Shown: positions 21,255 through 31,900, counted from the stretch's first letter. The stretch is DNA of 51,289 nt from an uncultured Methylococcus sp. (GCA_964344495.1 CAYFNI010000001.1:1-51289); one strand, 5' to 3'. Program-made: numbers and translations. The notes: a model not told the origin generated them from the sequence alone.

Positions 21255-21677
21255 ATGTGGCTGAAAGCCTTGCATCTCATCTTCATGGTGACTTGGTTCG
21301 CAGGACTGTTCTATTTGCCAAGACTGTTTGTCTACCATGCCATGTCCGATGACCGTATCAGCCTCGATCGCTTCAAAGTCATGGAGCGCAAGCTGTACTG
21401 GGGCATCATGACGCCCGGCATGGTGCTGACCTTCGTATTCGGAGTCTGGATGCTGCTCGATTACGCCTGGGACAGCTATGGCCAGAGCGGCTGGCTACAT
21501 GCCAAGCTGGGTTTGCTGGCCGTGTTGTTGGTCTATCACATCCAATGCGGCCGCTGGCTGCAGGCGTTCAAGCATGACCGAAATCGTCACGGCCATGTGT
21601 ATTACCGATGGATGAATGAAGTACCTGTTCTATTTCTGGTCGCCATCATCCTGTTGGCGGTACTCAAACCCTTTTGA
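21255..21677 (+). CDS. hemJ: Protoporphyrinogen IX oxidase HemJ (UPF0093 family membrane protein)
   Basis: 140 aa with 4 TM segments. MWLKALHLIFMVTWFAGLFYLPRLFVYH is the characteristic HemJ N-terminus. Confidence 0.75.
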   Translation: MWLKALHLIFMVTWFAGLFYLPRLFVYHAMSDDRISLDRFKVMERKLYWGIMTPGMVLTFVFGVWMLLDYAWDSYGQSGWLHAKLGLLAVLLVYHIQCGRWLQAFKHDRNRHGHVYYRWMNEVPVLFLVAIILLAVLKPF

Positions 21678-21725
21678 TTCGATTGTTCCAATCCATCCAT
21701 AGCCCTCAGGAGAGGTAAAGACCCG

Positions 21726-21956
21726 ATGCCCACCTACGACTACCAATGCAACGCCTGCAGCCATCCTTATACGGCCATGCATAAAATCAGCGAGTCGGCC
21801 CCGGCCTGTCCGTCCTGCGGGAGTGCGGACATCAGGAAGTTGCTTTCCGCTCCGGCCATCCACGGCAAAGGCAGCACGTATAGCCCGGAACCGCCCTGTG
21901 CCTCGCCCGCGTTTCAGGGTGGCTGCGGGTCCGGCATGTGTGGCCACAAGCACTGA
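21726..21956 (+). CDS. FmdB-family zinc-ribbon protein
   Basis: 76 aa. MPTYDYQCNACSHPYTAMHKISESAPACPSCGSADIRKLLS carries CxxC...CxxC. Confidence 0.75.
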   Translation: MPTYDYQCNACSHPYTAMHKISESAPACPSCGSADIRKLLSAPAIHGKGSTYSPEPPCASPAFQGGCGSGMCGHKH

Positions 21957-21993
21957 CCCCGCGAACACGGTTTCTTGAGCGTCAGAAATGGAA

Positions 21994-22025
21994 AAGCCCG
22001 GCCCGCCTTTTGGCGGGACGGGCTT
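21994..22025 (-). terminator. GC-rich hairpin between convergent genes, probably the terminator of the 22061-22366 gene
   Basis: The inverted repeat is AAGCCCGGCCCGCC-TTTT-GGCGGGACGGGCTT, with 13 of 14 positions pairing. Read on the minus strand, the stem is followed by TTTTCCATTTCT. It also lies 38 nt after the plus-strand zinc-ribbon gene. Confidence 0.6.
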
Positions 22026-22060
22026 CGGTCAGTTGTCGCCGGAAGCACCCGGTTTCGGAT

Positions 22061-22366
22061 TCAATCAGTAGCGCGCACGCTGGTCTTCAACAGGGCGAAT
22101 TTGTAAACCAGCAGGGCCACGACAATGCCGACGGCGATCCATGAATGGCCGATCAGACCGGCACTCATGCTTGCCTTGTTGGCCACCCCTTGTATGGCGC
22201 TGACATAGGGCTTGGACACGATGATCATCCAGGCCCACGCCGGGAGCTGGTAGGCAGCGGCACCGGCAATCGCCCATTGCACACTGTTGGAATGAAGCCG
22301 TGCGGCGGTCTTGTAGAACCAGTAGGCGAAACCGATGGTGAGCAGAACGGACAGAAACATGGCCAT
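22061..22366 (-). CDS. Small integral membrane protein, function unknown
   Basis: 101 aa with three hydrophobic segments (MAMFLSVLLTIGFAYWF, QLPAWAWMIIV, HSWIAVGIVVALLVY). A hairpin lies downstream. Confidence 0.6.
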   Translation of the reverse strand: MAMFLSVLLTIGFAYWFYKTAARLHSNSVQWAIAGAAAYQLPAWAWMIIVSKPYVSAIQGVANKASMSAGLIGHSWIAVGIVVALLVYKFALLKTSVRATD

Positions 22367-22448
22367 CGTTGAAAACTCCTTTATCGTTTAGGTAGTGGAG
22401 CCTTGAGGGGTTGTGCCCCCTCTAGCTGGAATGATGCAGGCGGACGGT

Positions 22449-22664
22449 TCAGGAATCCGAGAACAGCCTGATCAGCAGATTCAGTATAACGCTGACGACC
22501 AGCATCGAGGTGATGGGAATATGCAGCGAATACCCGTCGCCTTTGATGTGGATATCGCCCGGGAGTTTCCCGAACCAGCTGAACACCCCGGGAACCCAAT
22601 ACAGCAGTCCCCCCAAAGCTGTGATCAACAGCCCGATCAGAATGATGCTCTTTGGGGTCAGCAT
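22449..22664 (-). CDS. DUF2905-like small membrane protein
   Basis: ORF 22449..22724 is trimmed to ATG 22664, which lies 2 nt after the upstream gene's stop codon (22669-22671). MLTPKSIILIGLLITALGGLLYWVPGVFSWFGKLPGDIHIKGDGYSLHIPITSMLVVSVILNLLIRLF matches my memory of the DUF2905 pattern (GKLPGDI). Confidence 0.65.
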   Translation of the reverse strand: MLTPKSIILIGLLITALGGLLYWVPGVFSWFGKLPGDIHIKGDGYSLHIPITSMLVVSVILNLLIRLFSDS

Positions 22665-22668
22665 TGGA

Positions 22669-23616
22669 TTACCGGAGCATCCGTCGGCCTCGCGCCCGCG
22701 AGCGTACTCCCTGTGCAAGCGCAAGCAGAGTCAGCGCCAGCCCGGCCAGCAGGGGACGGGCGTCGGTCAAGGTCGGGCGCATCTCCGACATGGCCATCGA
22801 GGTCATGAATTGCCTGAATTCGTCCGGTGTTTCCAGCCGCTGATAGGTCAGCCCGGTGATGCCTGACAGCCGTTTGAGGTGACCCTCATCAAGCCAGGAT
22901 AGATAGGGCCCTTCAGTGGGCAGCATACGGGTTTCAACCTTCTCCGAATATACCGTCGTCGAGATCGGTGGCTTCTCGATATCTGCGTTTTCCCAGTTGC
23001 CGAGCCTTTGGTTGTCACGGTCATAGCGGGGGACGGCGACAGGTGTGGTTCCACCGACGCCGATCAGCGCTCCACCCACGCTGCCGGATGGACCATCAAA
23101 CTGCGGCTGAATGGATTGTGGCGGTGTCTCCTGACCATCGGTCAGAAACGCTAGCCGCACGTCAGGATCCTGTTTTCGCATCTCACGCAGGGCGTGATAC
23201 AGCCCCATCTCGACATGGCTGTCAGCAGACCAGGCCATGCGCCAGTCGATGTGTTCGAGGACATCGTCAATGACGGAGAAATGACGGCAGATCTCCAGCG
23301 GTTCGAACAGAAAATGCACGGTCTGGGTCGTAAACAGCCCAAGTCCGATTTCGGAACCGCAGGGGAGGTCGTGCAGCACCGCCCGCGTGGCCGCCTTGGC
23401 AAAGCCCAGCCGGTCCTGCGGCCAGCCGGTTTGATGGTAATCCTGCGTGTTCATGCTCTGGGTAATGTCAAACACGACCATGATGCGTGCCACTTGGCGC
23501 GGCAATCGGAGTTCAGGCCGAGCCAGACAGACCCCGATCAATACCGTGGCCAGTCCGAGCAGGAGCAGACGCCAGCGCAATATCAGTGCCGCCCAGACTC
23601 GCCGCAGCCGTCTCAC
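22669..23616 (-). CDS. vWA (MIDAS) domain membrane protein, MxaL/BatB-like
   Basis: 315 aa. The GTG start overlaps the upstream stop (GTGA). There is an N-terminal TM segment. MIDAS-like residues are VVFDITQSMN (DxTxS) and AFLTDGQETP. A C-terminal TM segment is LLAGLALTLLALA. Confidence 0.7.
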   Translation of the reverse strand: MRRLRRVWAALILRWRLLLLGLATVLIGVCLARPELRLPRQVARIMVVFDITQSMNTQDYHQTGWPQDRLGFAKAATRAVLHDLPCGSEIGLGLFTTQTVHFLFEPLEICRHFSVIDDVLEHIDWRMAWSADSHVEMGLYHALREMRKQDPDVRLAFLTDGQETPPQSIQPQFDGPSGSVGGALIGVGGTTPVAVPRYDRDNQRLGNWENADIEKPPISTTVYSEKVETRMLPTEGPYLSWLDEGHLKRLSGITGLTYQRLETPDEFRQFMTSMAMSEMRPTLTDARPLLAGLALTLLALAQGVRSRARGRRMLR

Positions 23617-24164
23617 GGACCCCCTCCGGGGATAGTGGGCAGTGTGGCAAACACGCTGCCCTTGGAGCCTTGGAAGTCATTCTTGGGGCGTTCTTTCGGC
23701 GGGGGCGTGATCCGGTAGGCGTACTCGAGGTGGTAGCGGGCATCCCAGCGGGTCGGATCCAGCGTCAGAGATTGGCGCAGATTGTCCTTGGTTGCATCCA
23801 GCAGGGTATTAACCCGGATATGCTCCAGCAGACCGCGTTCCTTCCAGAGTTTGGCCGCATCCCGCAGATAAAGCGTGCCGAGGTTATAGCGGACGCGTGC
23901 CTGAAAGGCGGCGTCGCCCCGGTTGTGAATCATTCCATACAACCGCAGGGCCTCCAGTGGGTCGCCGGTCTGCTGCAACTGATAAGCCTTGGCATAGATA
24001 AGCAGCGGATCACTGTCTGGCTGAACCTCAATCGACTCAGTGGCGCTCAACAGTTGATTGTGCGTCCTAACCGTCGACCATTCGATCCCGGTTTGCAGCA
24101 ACCCGATCAAGGTGGCCCCCAATAACGGCCACAGGATCCAGGGCGAGAACAGGCGGCGGGTCAT
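23613..24164 (-). CDS. TPR-like membrane-anchored protein, MxaK/BatC-like
   Basis: About 183 aa. ATG 24164 overlaps the upstream stop (ATGA), and ATG 24173 is an alternative. It has an N-terminal TM segment (LFSPWILWPLLGATLIGLL) and helical repeat sequence (YAKAYQLQQTGDPLEALRLYGMI...RYNLGTLYLRDA). Confidence 0.6.
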   Translation of the reverse strand: MTRRLFSPWILWPLLGATLIGLLQTGIEWSTVRTHNQLLSATESIEVQPDSDPLLIYAKAYQLQQTGDPLEALRLYGMIHNRGDAAFQARVRYNLGTLYLRDAAKLWKERGLLEHIRVNTLLDATKDNLRQSLTLDPTRWDARYHLEYAYRITPPPKERPKNDFQGSKGSVFATLPTIPGGGP

Positions 24165-25144
24165 GGATTCCATGCAGTCACCTCCAGTGTTCGGGCCGAC
24201 AGGAGCAGCACCATCAGCACCAGCGCCACTCCATAGAACGGGCCTGACAGATCCTGGCGGGGTAATTTCTCCCGGTACGGCAGCGGCAGGTTTTCCAGTC
24301 GCTCGACCTCGGCAATCGCCTTTTCCATGGCGTTCGGATTTTCCGCCTCGAAGGCACGGTAGGGGACTTCGAGTGATTCGAAATACGCATTGAGGAAGTA
24401 TTCCGGCGTCGTGGTTTCGTTCGGGTTGGCCGGCTTCTCCGCCAGTGGGGCACTGGTGGGATTGCGGAGGTAAATCCAGTAGAGCGTGGTACCGGTTTCC
24501 TGGAAAGTTTGCCGCAAGCGATCGCGAGTCTGCTCATCTATCCGGGCAGCGCCATCGGACACCAGCAGGATGATGCGGGAACCCTGGCGGGGTGTGTCGG
24601 TAAAAAAGTCCAGCGCCATCGCCAGTCCGGGCGCGATGTGGGTGACACCATGGCCGCGACTGCCGGCGGCGGCGATGGCCGCCTGGATCGCGGGTTTGTC
24701 CTCGGTCAGCGGCAGCACATAGATCGGGGCGGCAGCAAAGGCGACCATGCCGAACAGGTCATGCTGGCGCCGCTGAACAAATTCCGACAGCAGCTTCCGG
24801 GCCATGGCGCTTTTCGATTCGGTGGCTTTGGCACCCAGATAACGGCCGGTGAAGTTCTCGTTCATGCTGCTGCTGCGATCCAGTAGCAGGACGATATGCG
24901 CGCCGGTGCCGATTCGATCGACCCATTGTTCACGCTGGTAGGGGCCAGCCATGCCGATGACCAGACTTGCGATGGTGGCACAGGCCACCAGTCGCAATAA
25001 CCAGTCGAGCCGATCCGACAGGGGATCGGCTGGCACCCGCGACAGCGAGGAATACAGCAGCGCCACCTGCCCACGCCGGTACCAGGGCAAGGCAGCCACG
25101 ACGAGCAGGGCCAGTGCCCAGGGTTGCAGCAGTCCGACGCTCAC
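24161..25144 (-). CDS. vWA (MIDAS) domain membrane protein, MxaC/BatA-like
   Basis: 327 aa. The GTG start overlaps the upstream stop (GTGA). There are two N-terminal TM segments. The canonical MIDAS motif is present: VLLLDRSSSMN (DxSxS), GVTHIAPGL and IILLVSDGAA. There is also a C-terminal TM segment. Confidence 0.75.
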   Translation of the reverse strand: MSVGLLQPWALALLVVAALPWYRRGQVALLYSSLSRVPADPLSDRLDWLLRLVACATIASLVIGMAGPYQREQWVDRIGTGAHIVLLLDRSSSMNENFTGRYLGAKATESKSAMARKLLSEFVQRRQHDLFGMVAFAAAPIYVLPLTEDKPAIQAAIAAAGSRGHGVTHIAPGLAMALDFFTDTPRQGSRIILLVSDGAARIDEQTRDRLRQTFQETGTTLYWIYLRNPTSAPLAEKPANPNETTTPEYFLNAYFESLEVPYRAFEAENPNAMEKAIAEVERLENLPLPYREKLPRQDLSGPFYGVALVLMVLLLSARTLEVTAWNP

Positions 25145-26103
25145 AAGGCCTTCCGTTCAGCGGCTGCGCAGGCCTTGCTCAGCGCCAGCAGGTTGAGTGA
25201 CCGCCATGTTTCATTCGAGTCAGCGGAGTCGGGATCGAAGAACAAGGCCTGCGATCCGTCAAAAAAGCGGGCCAGTTCCGGCTGCAGGGGCGCAAATGTC
25301 GCGTGTGTCAGGCAATAACGCTCCAACTGGCTGGCGAACAGGGTTTCGCCGAAGGTCAGATCCAGTGCGCGATGCAACGCGCGAGCGGCCGCCCGGACCG
25401 TGGCTGGATCATTGCTGCCCGCCAGCAGGCGCCGTACCGTGCGCTGAGCTTCGGCAAAGGGCCGCGCCTTGCGGCGACGCAACACATGCCGCAGGCATAA
25501 CAGTGCCACCACGGCGCCGAACGCCGACAGCCATTGCAGGAACCGGCGCTGCAGCGGTGCGGTATCCGCCGGTTTCGGCGGTATGGGGTCCAGCAATTGC
25601 AGTTGTTCATCGCTGATATCGGGCGGTATGACCGGCGAGAGGGTGAACGACCAGCTCGGTGTCTGCAGTGTAACGGGCGGGGAACCGGCAAGATTCAGCG
25701 TCAGCGGGGGCACGCTCATGAGCTCCGGCGCACGTACGCCTTTGAATACCTGATAGGTCAGCTGCAGCTCACCGATGTCGCGTCCGCCGGCCGGCCGGAT
25801 TGCCCAGTGCTGCTCACGCAAGCTGAGCCAGTCGTTGATTGGGCCGGGTTGCGGCAAGGAGGCGGTATCCAGCTGCTGGCCGGGGTGCAGTTCCACCGAG
25901 AGGGTCAGTTCGATCAGATCACCGAGAACATAGCCGTAATCGCGAGCGGCGCTGAGTGTCACCGTAGGTGCGGGTGCGTTCCGCTGGTCCGGCTGACAGG
26001 CGGGAAGGAGCAGGATCAGGCTTGCCAGCCCGAGGTTCTGCAAGGCGCGTGTTGCGCATGAGCACTCAGGCGGCCAGGGCTTTGCTAGCAACTTCATAGA
26101 CAT
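25141..26103 (-). CDS. MxaA-like protein (tentative): lipoprotein-type signal, periplasmic domain, one TM segment and a helical cytoplasmic tail
   Basis: In ORF 25141..26175, ATG 26103 and ATG 26097 overlap the pepN 3' end, and TTG 26043 is also possible. Features: LGLASLILLLPAC (lipobox-like), a TM segment LQWLSAFGAVVALLCLRHVL followed by RRRKARPF, and its position ahead of the vWA genes as in mxaACKL. Confidence 0.5.
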   Translation of the reverse strand: MSMKLLAKPWPPECSCATRALQNLGLASLILLLPACQPDQRNAPAPTVTLSAARDYGYVLGDLIELTLSVELHPGQQLDTASLPQPGPINDWLSLREQHWAIRPAGGRDIGELQLTYQVFKGVRAPELMSVPPLTLNLAGSPPVTLQTPSWSFTLSPVIPPDISDEQLQLLDPIPPKPADTAPLQRRFLQWLSAFGAVVALLCLRHVLRRRKARPFAEAQRTVRRLLAGSNDPATVRAAARALHRALDLTFGETLFASQLERYCLTHATFAPLQPELARFFDGSQALFFDPDSADSNETWRSLNLLALSKACAAAERKAL

Positions 26104-28711
26104 CGGGTGACAGGTCGGGGGTGTGGACCACCCGCTCCAGTTGCGCATGCATGCGCTGCTGGCGGCCTTCGTCATAGTGACGCCAGCCGGTGAGGCCGGT
26201 CAGCATGCGCGCGGCGATTTGCGGATTGATGGCGTTCAGCCGGATGACCTGCTCGGCCAGGAAGCGATAGCCTTCGCCATCTTCGGCGTGAAAATTCACT
26301 GCGTTGGACTGGCTGAAGGCGCCAATCAGCGAGCGGACATGGTTCGGAACGCTCATATCGAAGGCGGGATGTGACAGCAGAGCGTTAACTCGATCGAGGG
26401 CACCGGGTAAGCGGCTGGTGGCCTGCAAGGTAAACCATTTGCCGATGACCAGATCCTCATGTCGCCACTGTTGATAAAACGATTCGAGGCAGGCGTCCTT
26501 GTCCGGGTGGGCACTGTTGACGATGGCGGTCAAGGCAGCGATACGGTCGGTCATCGTCCGGGCTGTGTCGAACTGATGTGAGGCTCGCGCGTGAGAGGTC
26601 GGGTCATCCAGGGTGGACAGGTAATCGAGGCAGAGGTTTTTCAGGCGACGTCGGCCGATGGCGCTGGCGTCGAACTGATTGAATTCGTCCCGATGGTGGC
26701 GTGCATACAGGGATTCAAACTCCGCCCGCAAGGCCCTGGCAATGTCCGTCTTGAGCTGCTGACGGGCCTGATGGACGGCAACCGGCTGATGCACGGTCAG
26801 CGCGGCACCGACATAGTCTTCGGTCGGTAACGTCAGGAGCAACGCCAGATAGGACAGGTCCGAATCAGCGCGTGCCAGCAATGGCTGATAGGCGGCAATC
26901 AGCAATTCCGTGCCGGTCCGGGCGTGAATGTCGTCGACTCGCTCCAGGATCGCGCCGGTGGCCAGTTGTTGACCCGCGTCCCACGCGTTGAAGCTGTCCG
27001 TGTCATGCGCAAACAGAAACGCCAGTTCCTCGCGCGAGCGGGGGAAATCCAGCTTGACCGGCGCTGAAAATCCACGCAAGGCGGAGACGACCGGTGCTTG
27101 CGGCAAGTGGATGAACTCGAAGGATTGCTCAGCTTCTCGCACATCCAGCACACGGGTCAGTCTGGGATGCGGCGCGGGTTCATGACGGAGTTGAAGCGGC
27201 ATTTCGGTGCCGTCAGTTGCCAGCAGGCCCAGCGCCAGAGGAATGTGCATGGGGCGCTTGTGCGGTTGTCCCGGTGTGGGCGGACAGGTCTGTCGAACAG
27301 TCAGACGCAGGGTCGCCCGATCCGGATCGTAATGGCTTTCGAGTGTCAGTTCGGGTGTGCCTGCCTGGCTGTACCAAAGTCTGAACTGGCCGAGATCACT
27401 TGCATTGGCGTCTTCCATGCAGCGCACGAAATCTTCGCAGGTGACGGCTTGCCCGTCATGCCGTTCGAAATAGAGATCAGTCCCCCGCCGAAAACCGTCC
27501 GCGCCCAGGAGGGTGTGCAGCATCCGGATCACTTCAGCACCCTTTTCATATACTGTCAGGGTATAGAAGTTGTTGATTTCGATGTAGGACTCCGGCCGCA
27601 CCGAATGAGCCAGCGGCCCCGCGTCCTCGGCGAATTGGCGCGTCCGCAGGGTGTTAACCTCCTCAATCCGCTTGACGGCGCGGGAGTGTTGGTCGGCTGA
27701 GAACTCCTGGTCCCGAAAGACCGTCAGGCCTTCCTTGAGGCTTAACTGGAACCAGTCCCGGCAGGTGATCCGGTTACCCGTCCAGTTATGGAAATATTCA
27801 TGGGCGATGACGCCTTCGATATGTTCGTAATCGGCGTCGGTCGCCGTATCCGGCCGCGCCAGGACATACTTGGTGTTGAAGATGTTGAGCCCCTTGTTCT
27901 CCATGGCGCCCATATTGAAATGACTGACCGCCACGATCATATAGAGGTCGAGGTCATACTCGCGGCCATAATGGATCTCATCCCAGCGCATGGCCTGCTT
28001 CAGCGAACGCATGGCGTGTCCGCATTTGTCGATATCGTGTGATTCGGCAAAAATCCGCAGGGTCACGTCGCGACCCGATGCAGTGGTGTAGCGGTCCTCG
28101 ATGCACTCGAGGTGGCCTGCCACCAGCGCGAACAGATAGCAGGGTTTACGAAACGGATCGACCCATGTGGCCCAGTGTCGTCCATTCAGCAGATCGCCAC
28201 TGCCTTCCAGATTCCCATTGGCCAGCAGCACCGGATAGCGCGACTTGTCGGCCTGGAGCGTCACCTTGTAGGTGGCCATGATGTCGGGCCGGTCCATGAA
28301 ATAGGTGATCTTCCTGAAGCCCTGGGCTTCGCATTGGGTGCAGAACATGCCGCCCGACAGGTAGAGCCCTTCCAGCGAGGTGTTGGAGGCAGGGTCGATA
28401 TCCGTCACCACTTCCAGTTCGAACGGTCCCGAAGGGATCGACATCAAGGTCAAAGCCTCATCCGAACGGCGGTAGCTTGAGGCATCCATCAGGATGCCAT
28501 TCAACTTCAAGGAGACCAGCTGCAACTGCTCACCCTGCAGCATCAGAGTCCCGGCTTCGCTCCCGGCCTCCGGGTTGGGACGGATGTGCAGGGTACTGGT
28601 GACCCGCGTCCGCTGCTCCTCCAGATCGATCAACAGATTGACATGATCAATCAGGATCGATGGCGATCGGTAATCCTTGAGATGAATGGGTTTGGGCGAA
28701 GGATTGCGCAT
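26066..28711 (-). CDS. pepN: Aminopeptidase N (M1 family)
   Basis: ORF 26066..28750 is trimmed to ATG 28711 (MRNPSPKPIHLKDYRSP, like the E. coli PepN N-terminus). Motifs: GAMEN and HEYFHNWTGNRITCRDWFQLSLKEG (HExxH-X18-E). Confidence 0.9.
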   Translation of the reverse strand: MRNPSPKPIHLKDYRSPSILIDHVNLLIDLEEQRTRVTSTLHIRPNPEAGSEAGTLMLQGEQLQLVSLKLNGILMDASSYRRSDEALTLMSIPSGPFELEVVTDIDPASNTSLEGLYLSGGMFCTQCEAQGFRKITYFMDRPDIMATYKVTLQADKSRYPVLLANGNLEGSGDLLNGRHWATWVDPFRKPCYLFALVAGHLECIEDRYTTASGRDVTLRIFAESHDIDKCGHAMRSLKQAMRWDEIHYGREYDLDLYMIVAVSHFNMGAMENKGLNIFNTKYVLARPDTATDADYEHIEGVIAHEYFHNWTGNRITCRDWFQLSLKEGLTVFRDQEFSADQHSRAVKRIEEVNTLRTRQFAEDAGPLAHSVRPESYIEINNFYTLTVYEKGAEVIRMLHTLLGADGFRRGTDLYFERHDGQAVTCEDFVRCMEDANASDLGQFRLWYSQAGTPELTLESHYDPDRATLRLTVRQTCPPTPGQPHKRPMHIPLALGLLATDGTEMPLQLRHEPAPHPRLTRVLDVREAEQSFEFIHLPQAPVVSALRGFSAPVKLDFPRSREELAFLFAHDTDSFNAWDAGQQLATGAILERVDDIHARTGTELLIAAYQPLLARADSDLSYLALLLTLPTEDYVGAALTVHQPVAVHQARQQLKTDIARALRAEFESLYARHHRDEFNQFDASAIGRRRLKNLCLDYLSTLDDPTSHARASHQFDTARTMTDRIAALTAIVNSAHPDKDACLESFYQQWRHEDLVIGKWFTLQATSRLPGALDRVNALLSHPAFDMSVPNHVRSLIGAFSQSNAVNFHAEDGEGYRFLAEQVIRLNAINPQIAARMLTGLTGWRHYDEGRQQRMHAQLERVVHTPDLSPDVYEVASKALAA

Positions 28712-28969
28712 GGTAGATATTCGATGGCGTTGCAACGCTGCGGCGTTCACTAACTGTATGCGAGCGTCCGGCCCTAAAGCATACCAAGTGCAGCAGATTT
28801 TGGCCGGTTTTGCTCCTGATCAAATCGGGCACGCATCCAGCGCTCTCAGTAAAAAGACTGTCAATCGACTTGACCTGCTTATTGCCCTAAAATTCTAGGA
28901 TTGATTCTTATCTTGGGTCGGGATACGGGCCTTCCCCGTGTCATCGTGCCATCTTCAGTGACATTGCCA

Positions 28970-31900
28970 ATGACGACATCAATGACCAATGCTTCCACCC
29001 TCATTCTGGGCATCCCAGGATTTTCCTATGCCGATCTTTACGACCCGGCCCGTCTGAGTGACCTTGCGGGCTGTTTCGATGCAGAACTCGCGGCGCGCGA
29101 TGAGGCGCTGTTCCAGTCTTTCGAGGCCTATCGCAACTGCCGCGGTGAAGGTATGCAGCCCGAAGCAGTGTCTGAGCTGCTGGTTCGGCTGGCGCCCGAA
29201 CTGGGCCGTTTTGTGGCGCGGCTGTTCGGGGTTGAGCGTGAGCACGACGCACAGGCCGCGCTGATCCGCGCCGATTTCGACACCGTATTCGCGTATAAAT
29301 CCGAGATCGTCGCCAAGTCGGCCAGCCGTTTCAAAGGTGAAGATCCAGCGCACTGGGACATTGGCGAAATACGCCGGCAATTCGACCGCCTGGTCCTGAT
29401 GGCGATTGATGAGGAAGCGCTCAAGGCCGACCGTGAGGCCGCCATTGCCGGGCTTGCCGTCAGGGTCAAGCAGGCGGTTGACTCAGGTGAGTTGGCCGGC
29501 ATTGCCCTGATTCGCGGTCGACTGATGGCGGACGAGCAGGCTTCAAGCCTGTATTCGGGTCTGCTGGCGGGCGATGATGGCGCATTGGCCAACGGCCTGC
29601 ATGATGTGATCGGGCGCTGGACCTTTGCCGCAACCCGCGATCAGGCGTTGAAAGCGGAAGTCAAGGACTGGGTCAGTTTCAAAACGCCGGCTAAAACCGA
29701 TTTTGGGCATCTGGTTCATCATGAACTGCATCCGGTCAATGGCTATCAGGTCTGGAAAGGTCCGCAGGAACATCACCGCCGCCGTGACGGTTTTGGCCTC
29801 ACCGATCCGCGCTTCAGCGAGCGTCGCGTGCTGAACGAGGTTGATCATTGCATCTACTGCCACGACCGCGATACCGATTCGTGCTCGAAAGGCATGCGCA
29901 ACAAGAAGGATGGCACCTACAAGACCAATCCATTGGGCGTCACCATCACCGGTTGCCCGCTGGAAGAAAAGATTTCCGAAATGCACTACGTCAAGCGACA
30001 GGGTGACAACCTGGGTGCCTTGGCGTTGATTACGATCGACAATCCGCTCTGCCCCGGGACCGGTCACCGCATCTGCAACGACTGCATGAAGGGGTGCATC
30101 TACCAAAAGACACAACCGGTCAACATCCCGCAGATCGAGACGAACGTTTTGACCGACGTCCTGTTCATGCCTTGGGGCTTCGAGATTTACAGCCTGCTGA
30201 CGCGCTGGAACCCCCTGAACGTCAAACGGCCGGTGGCTCTGCCCTACAATGGCCGCAATGTGCTTGTGGCCGGGATGGGGCCGGCGGGTTACACCCTCGC
30301 GCACTACCTGCTGAACGAAGGCTTCGGCGTCGTTGGCATCGACGGTCTCAAGATCGAACCGCTCCCGTCACATCTGGTCGGTGATGCCACCCATGCACCC
30401 GAGCCCATCCGTGATTTCCGCGATCTTTACGAGGCGCTCGACCAGCGCATCATGCTGGGATTCGGCGGTGTTGCGGAGTACGGCATCACCGTGCGCTGGG
30501 ACAAAAATTTCCTCAAGGTGATTTATCTCAATCTGTTGCGCCGGCAGAGTTTCCGCATTTACGGCGGCGTGCGTTTTGGTGGCACCCTGACGATCAATGA
30601 GGCCTGGGATCTGGGGTTCGATCACATCGCCATCGCCTCGGGTGCCGGCAAGCCGACCCTGATCGATCTCAAGAACAATCTGATCCGCGGCATTCGCAAG
30701 GCTTCAGATTTCCTGATGGGCCTCCAGCTCACTGGCGCGGCCAAGGAATCCTCACTGGCCAACATGCAGGTGCGCCTGCCGGCCGGTGTGATTGGCGGCG
30801 GTCTGACCGCCATCGATACCTGTACGGAAGTACTGGCCTACTATCCGGTCCAGGTCGAAAAGATTCTCCACCGTTATGAAAATCTGGCCCGCCTCCACGG
30901 CGAGGAAGCCGTGCGCAGAATGTACGATGAAGAGGAGCGCCTGATTCTTGACGAGTTCCTGACCCACGGCCGCGCCATTCAGGCCGAACGGCAACGGGCC
31001 GAGCAGGCGGGCGAAAAACCCCATTTTCTACCCCTGCTGGAAAGCTGGGGCGGCGTCACCCTTTACTACCGCAAAGGCATTGAGGACTCCCCCGCCTATC
31101 GCCAGAATGCCGAGGAAATTACCGAGGCCCTGGACGAAGGGATCCGGCTGGCGCCGGGCATGAGCCCCGTGGCAGCACTGGAGGATGGGTTCGGTCATAT
31201 CCGCGCCGTCGAGTTTGACCGGCTTGAACTGCAGGACGGCCGTTGGACCAAGGTCGAAACGGTCGAGGTTGCGCTGCGCAGCCTGTTCGTCGCTGCCGGC
31301 ACCTCACCCAATACGATCTATGAGTCCGAACATCCGGACAGCTTCGAGATGGACAAGAAGTTCTATCAGCGCTACGAGCCGAACTGGCTGGCGGATGCCG
31401 CTCCAGTGCTGGAACAAGTCAACGACACGACTGAAGTGAAGATCGGCAAACCGGCGCCATTTACATCGTATAGCCGTAACGGCCGATTCATCACGTTCTA
31501 CGGTGACAACCACCCGGTCTATGCCGGCAACGTGGTCAAGGCCATGGCCAGCGCCAAGGATGGGTATCCTTACATTACACGCCTGTACGAGAAGGAACTG
31601 GCGCAGCTCGATCCGGCCGATCAGGCGGCACGCAATCAGGCCCTGCGGCAGTTCCAGGCCCGTCTGGATGACCAGCTGCTGGCCCGCATCGTTGAAATCA
31701 ATCGGGTAACGCCGACCATCATCGAGGTTATCGTTCGCGCGCCGCTGGCGGCCAAACATTTTGCCCCCGGCCAGTTCTATCGGGTGCAGAATTTCGAGGC
31801 GCTGGCGCCGGTGATTGAAGGAACGGTTCTGGTTGCCGAAGGCTTGGCGCTGACCGGTGCCTGGGTCGACAAGGAGCAGGGGCTGATCTCCTTGATCGCT

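Noticed and set aside
22381-22866. ORFs 22381..22599(-), 22413..22808(+), 22510..22866(+) and 22652..22843(+) around the DUF2905 gene
   Set aside because: They overlap one another and the better-supported DUF2905 and vWA genes. Their translations have no motifs or membrane/signal features.
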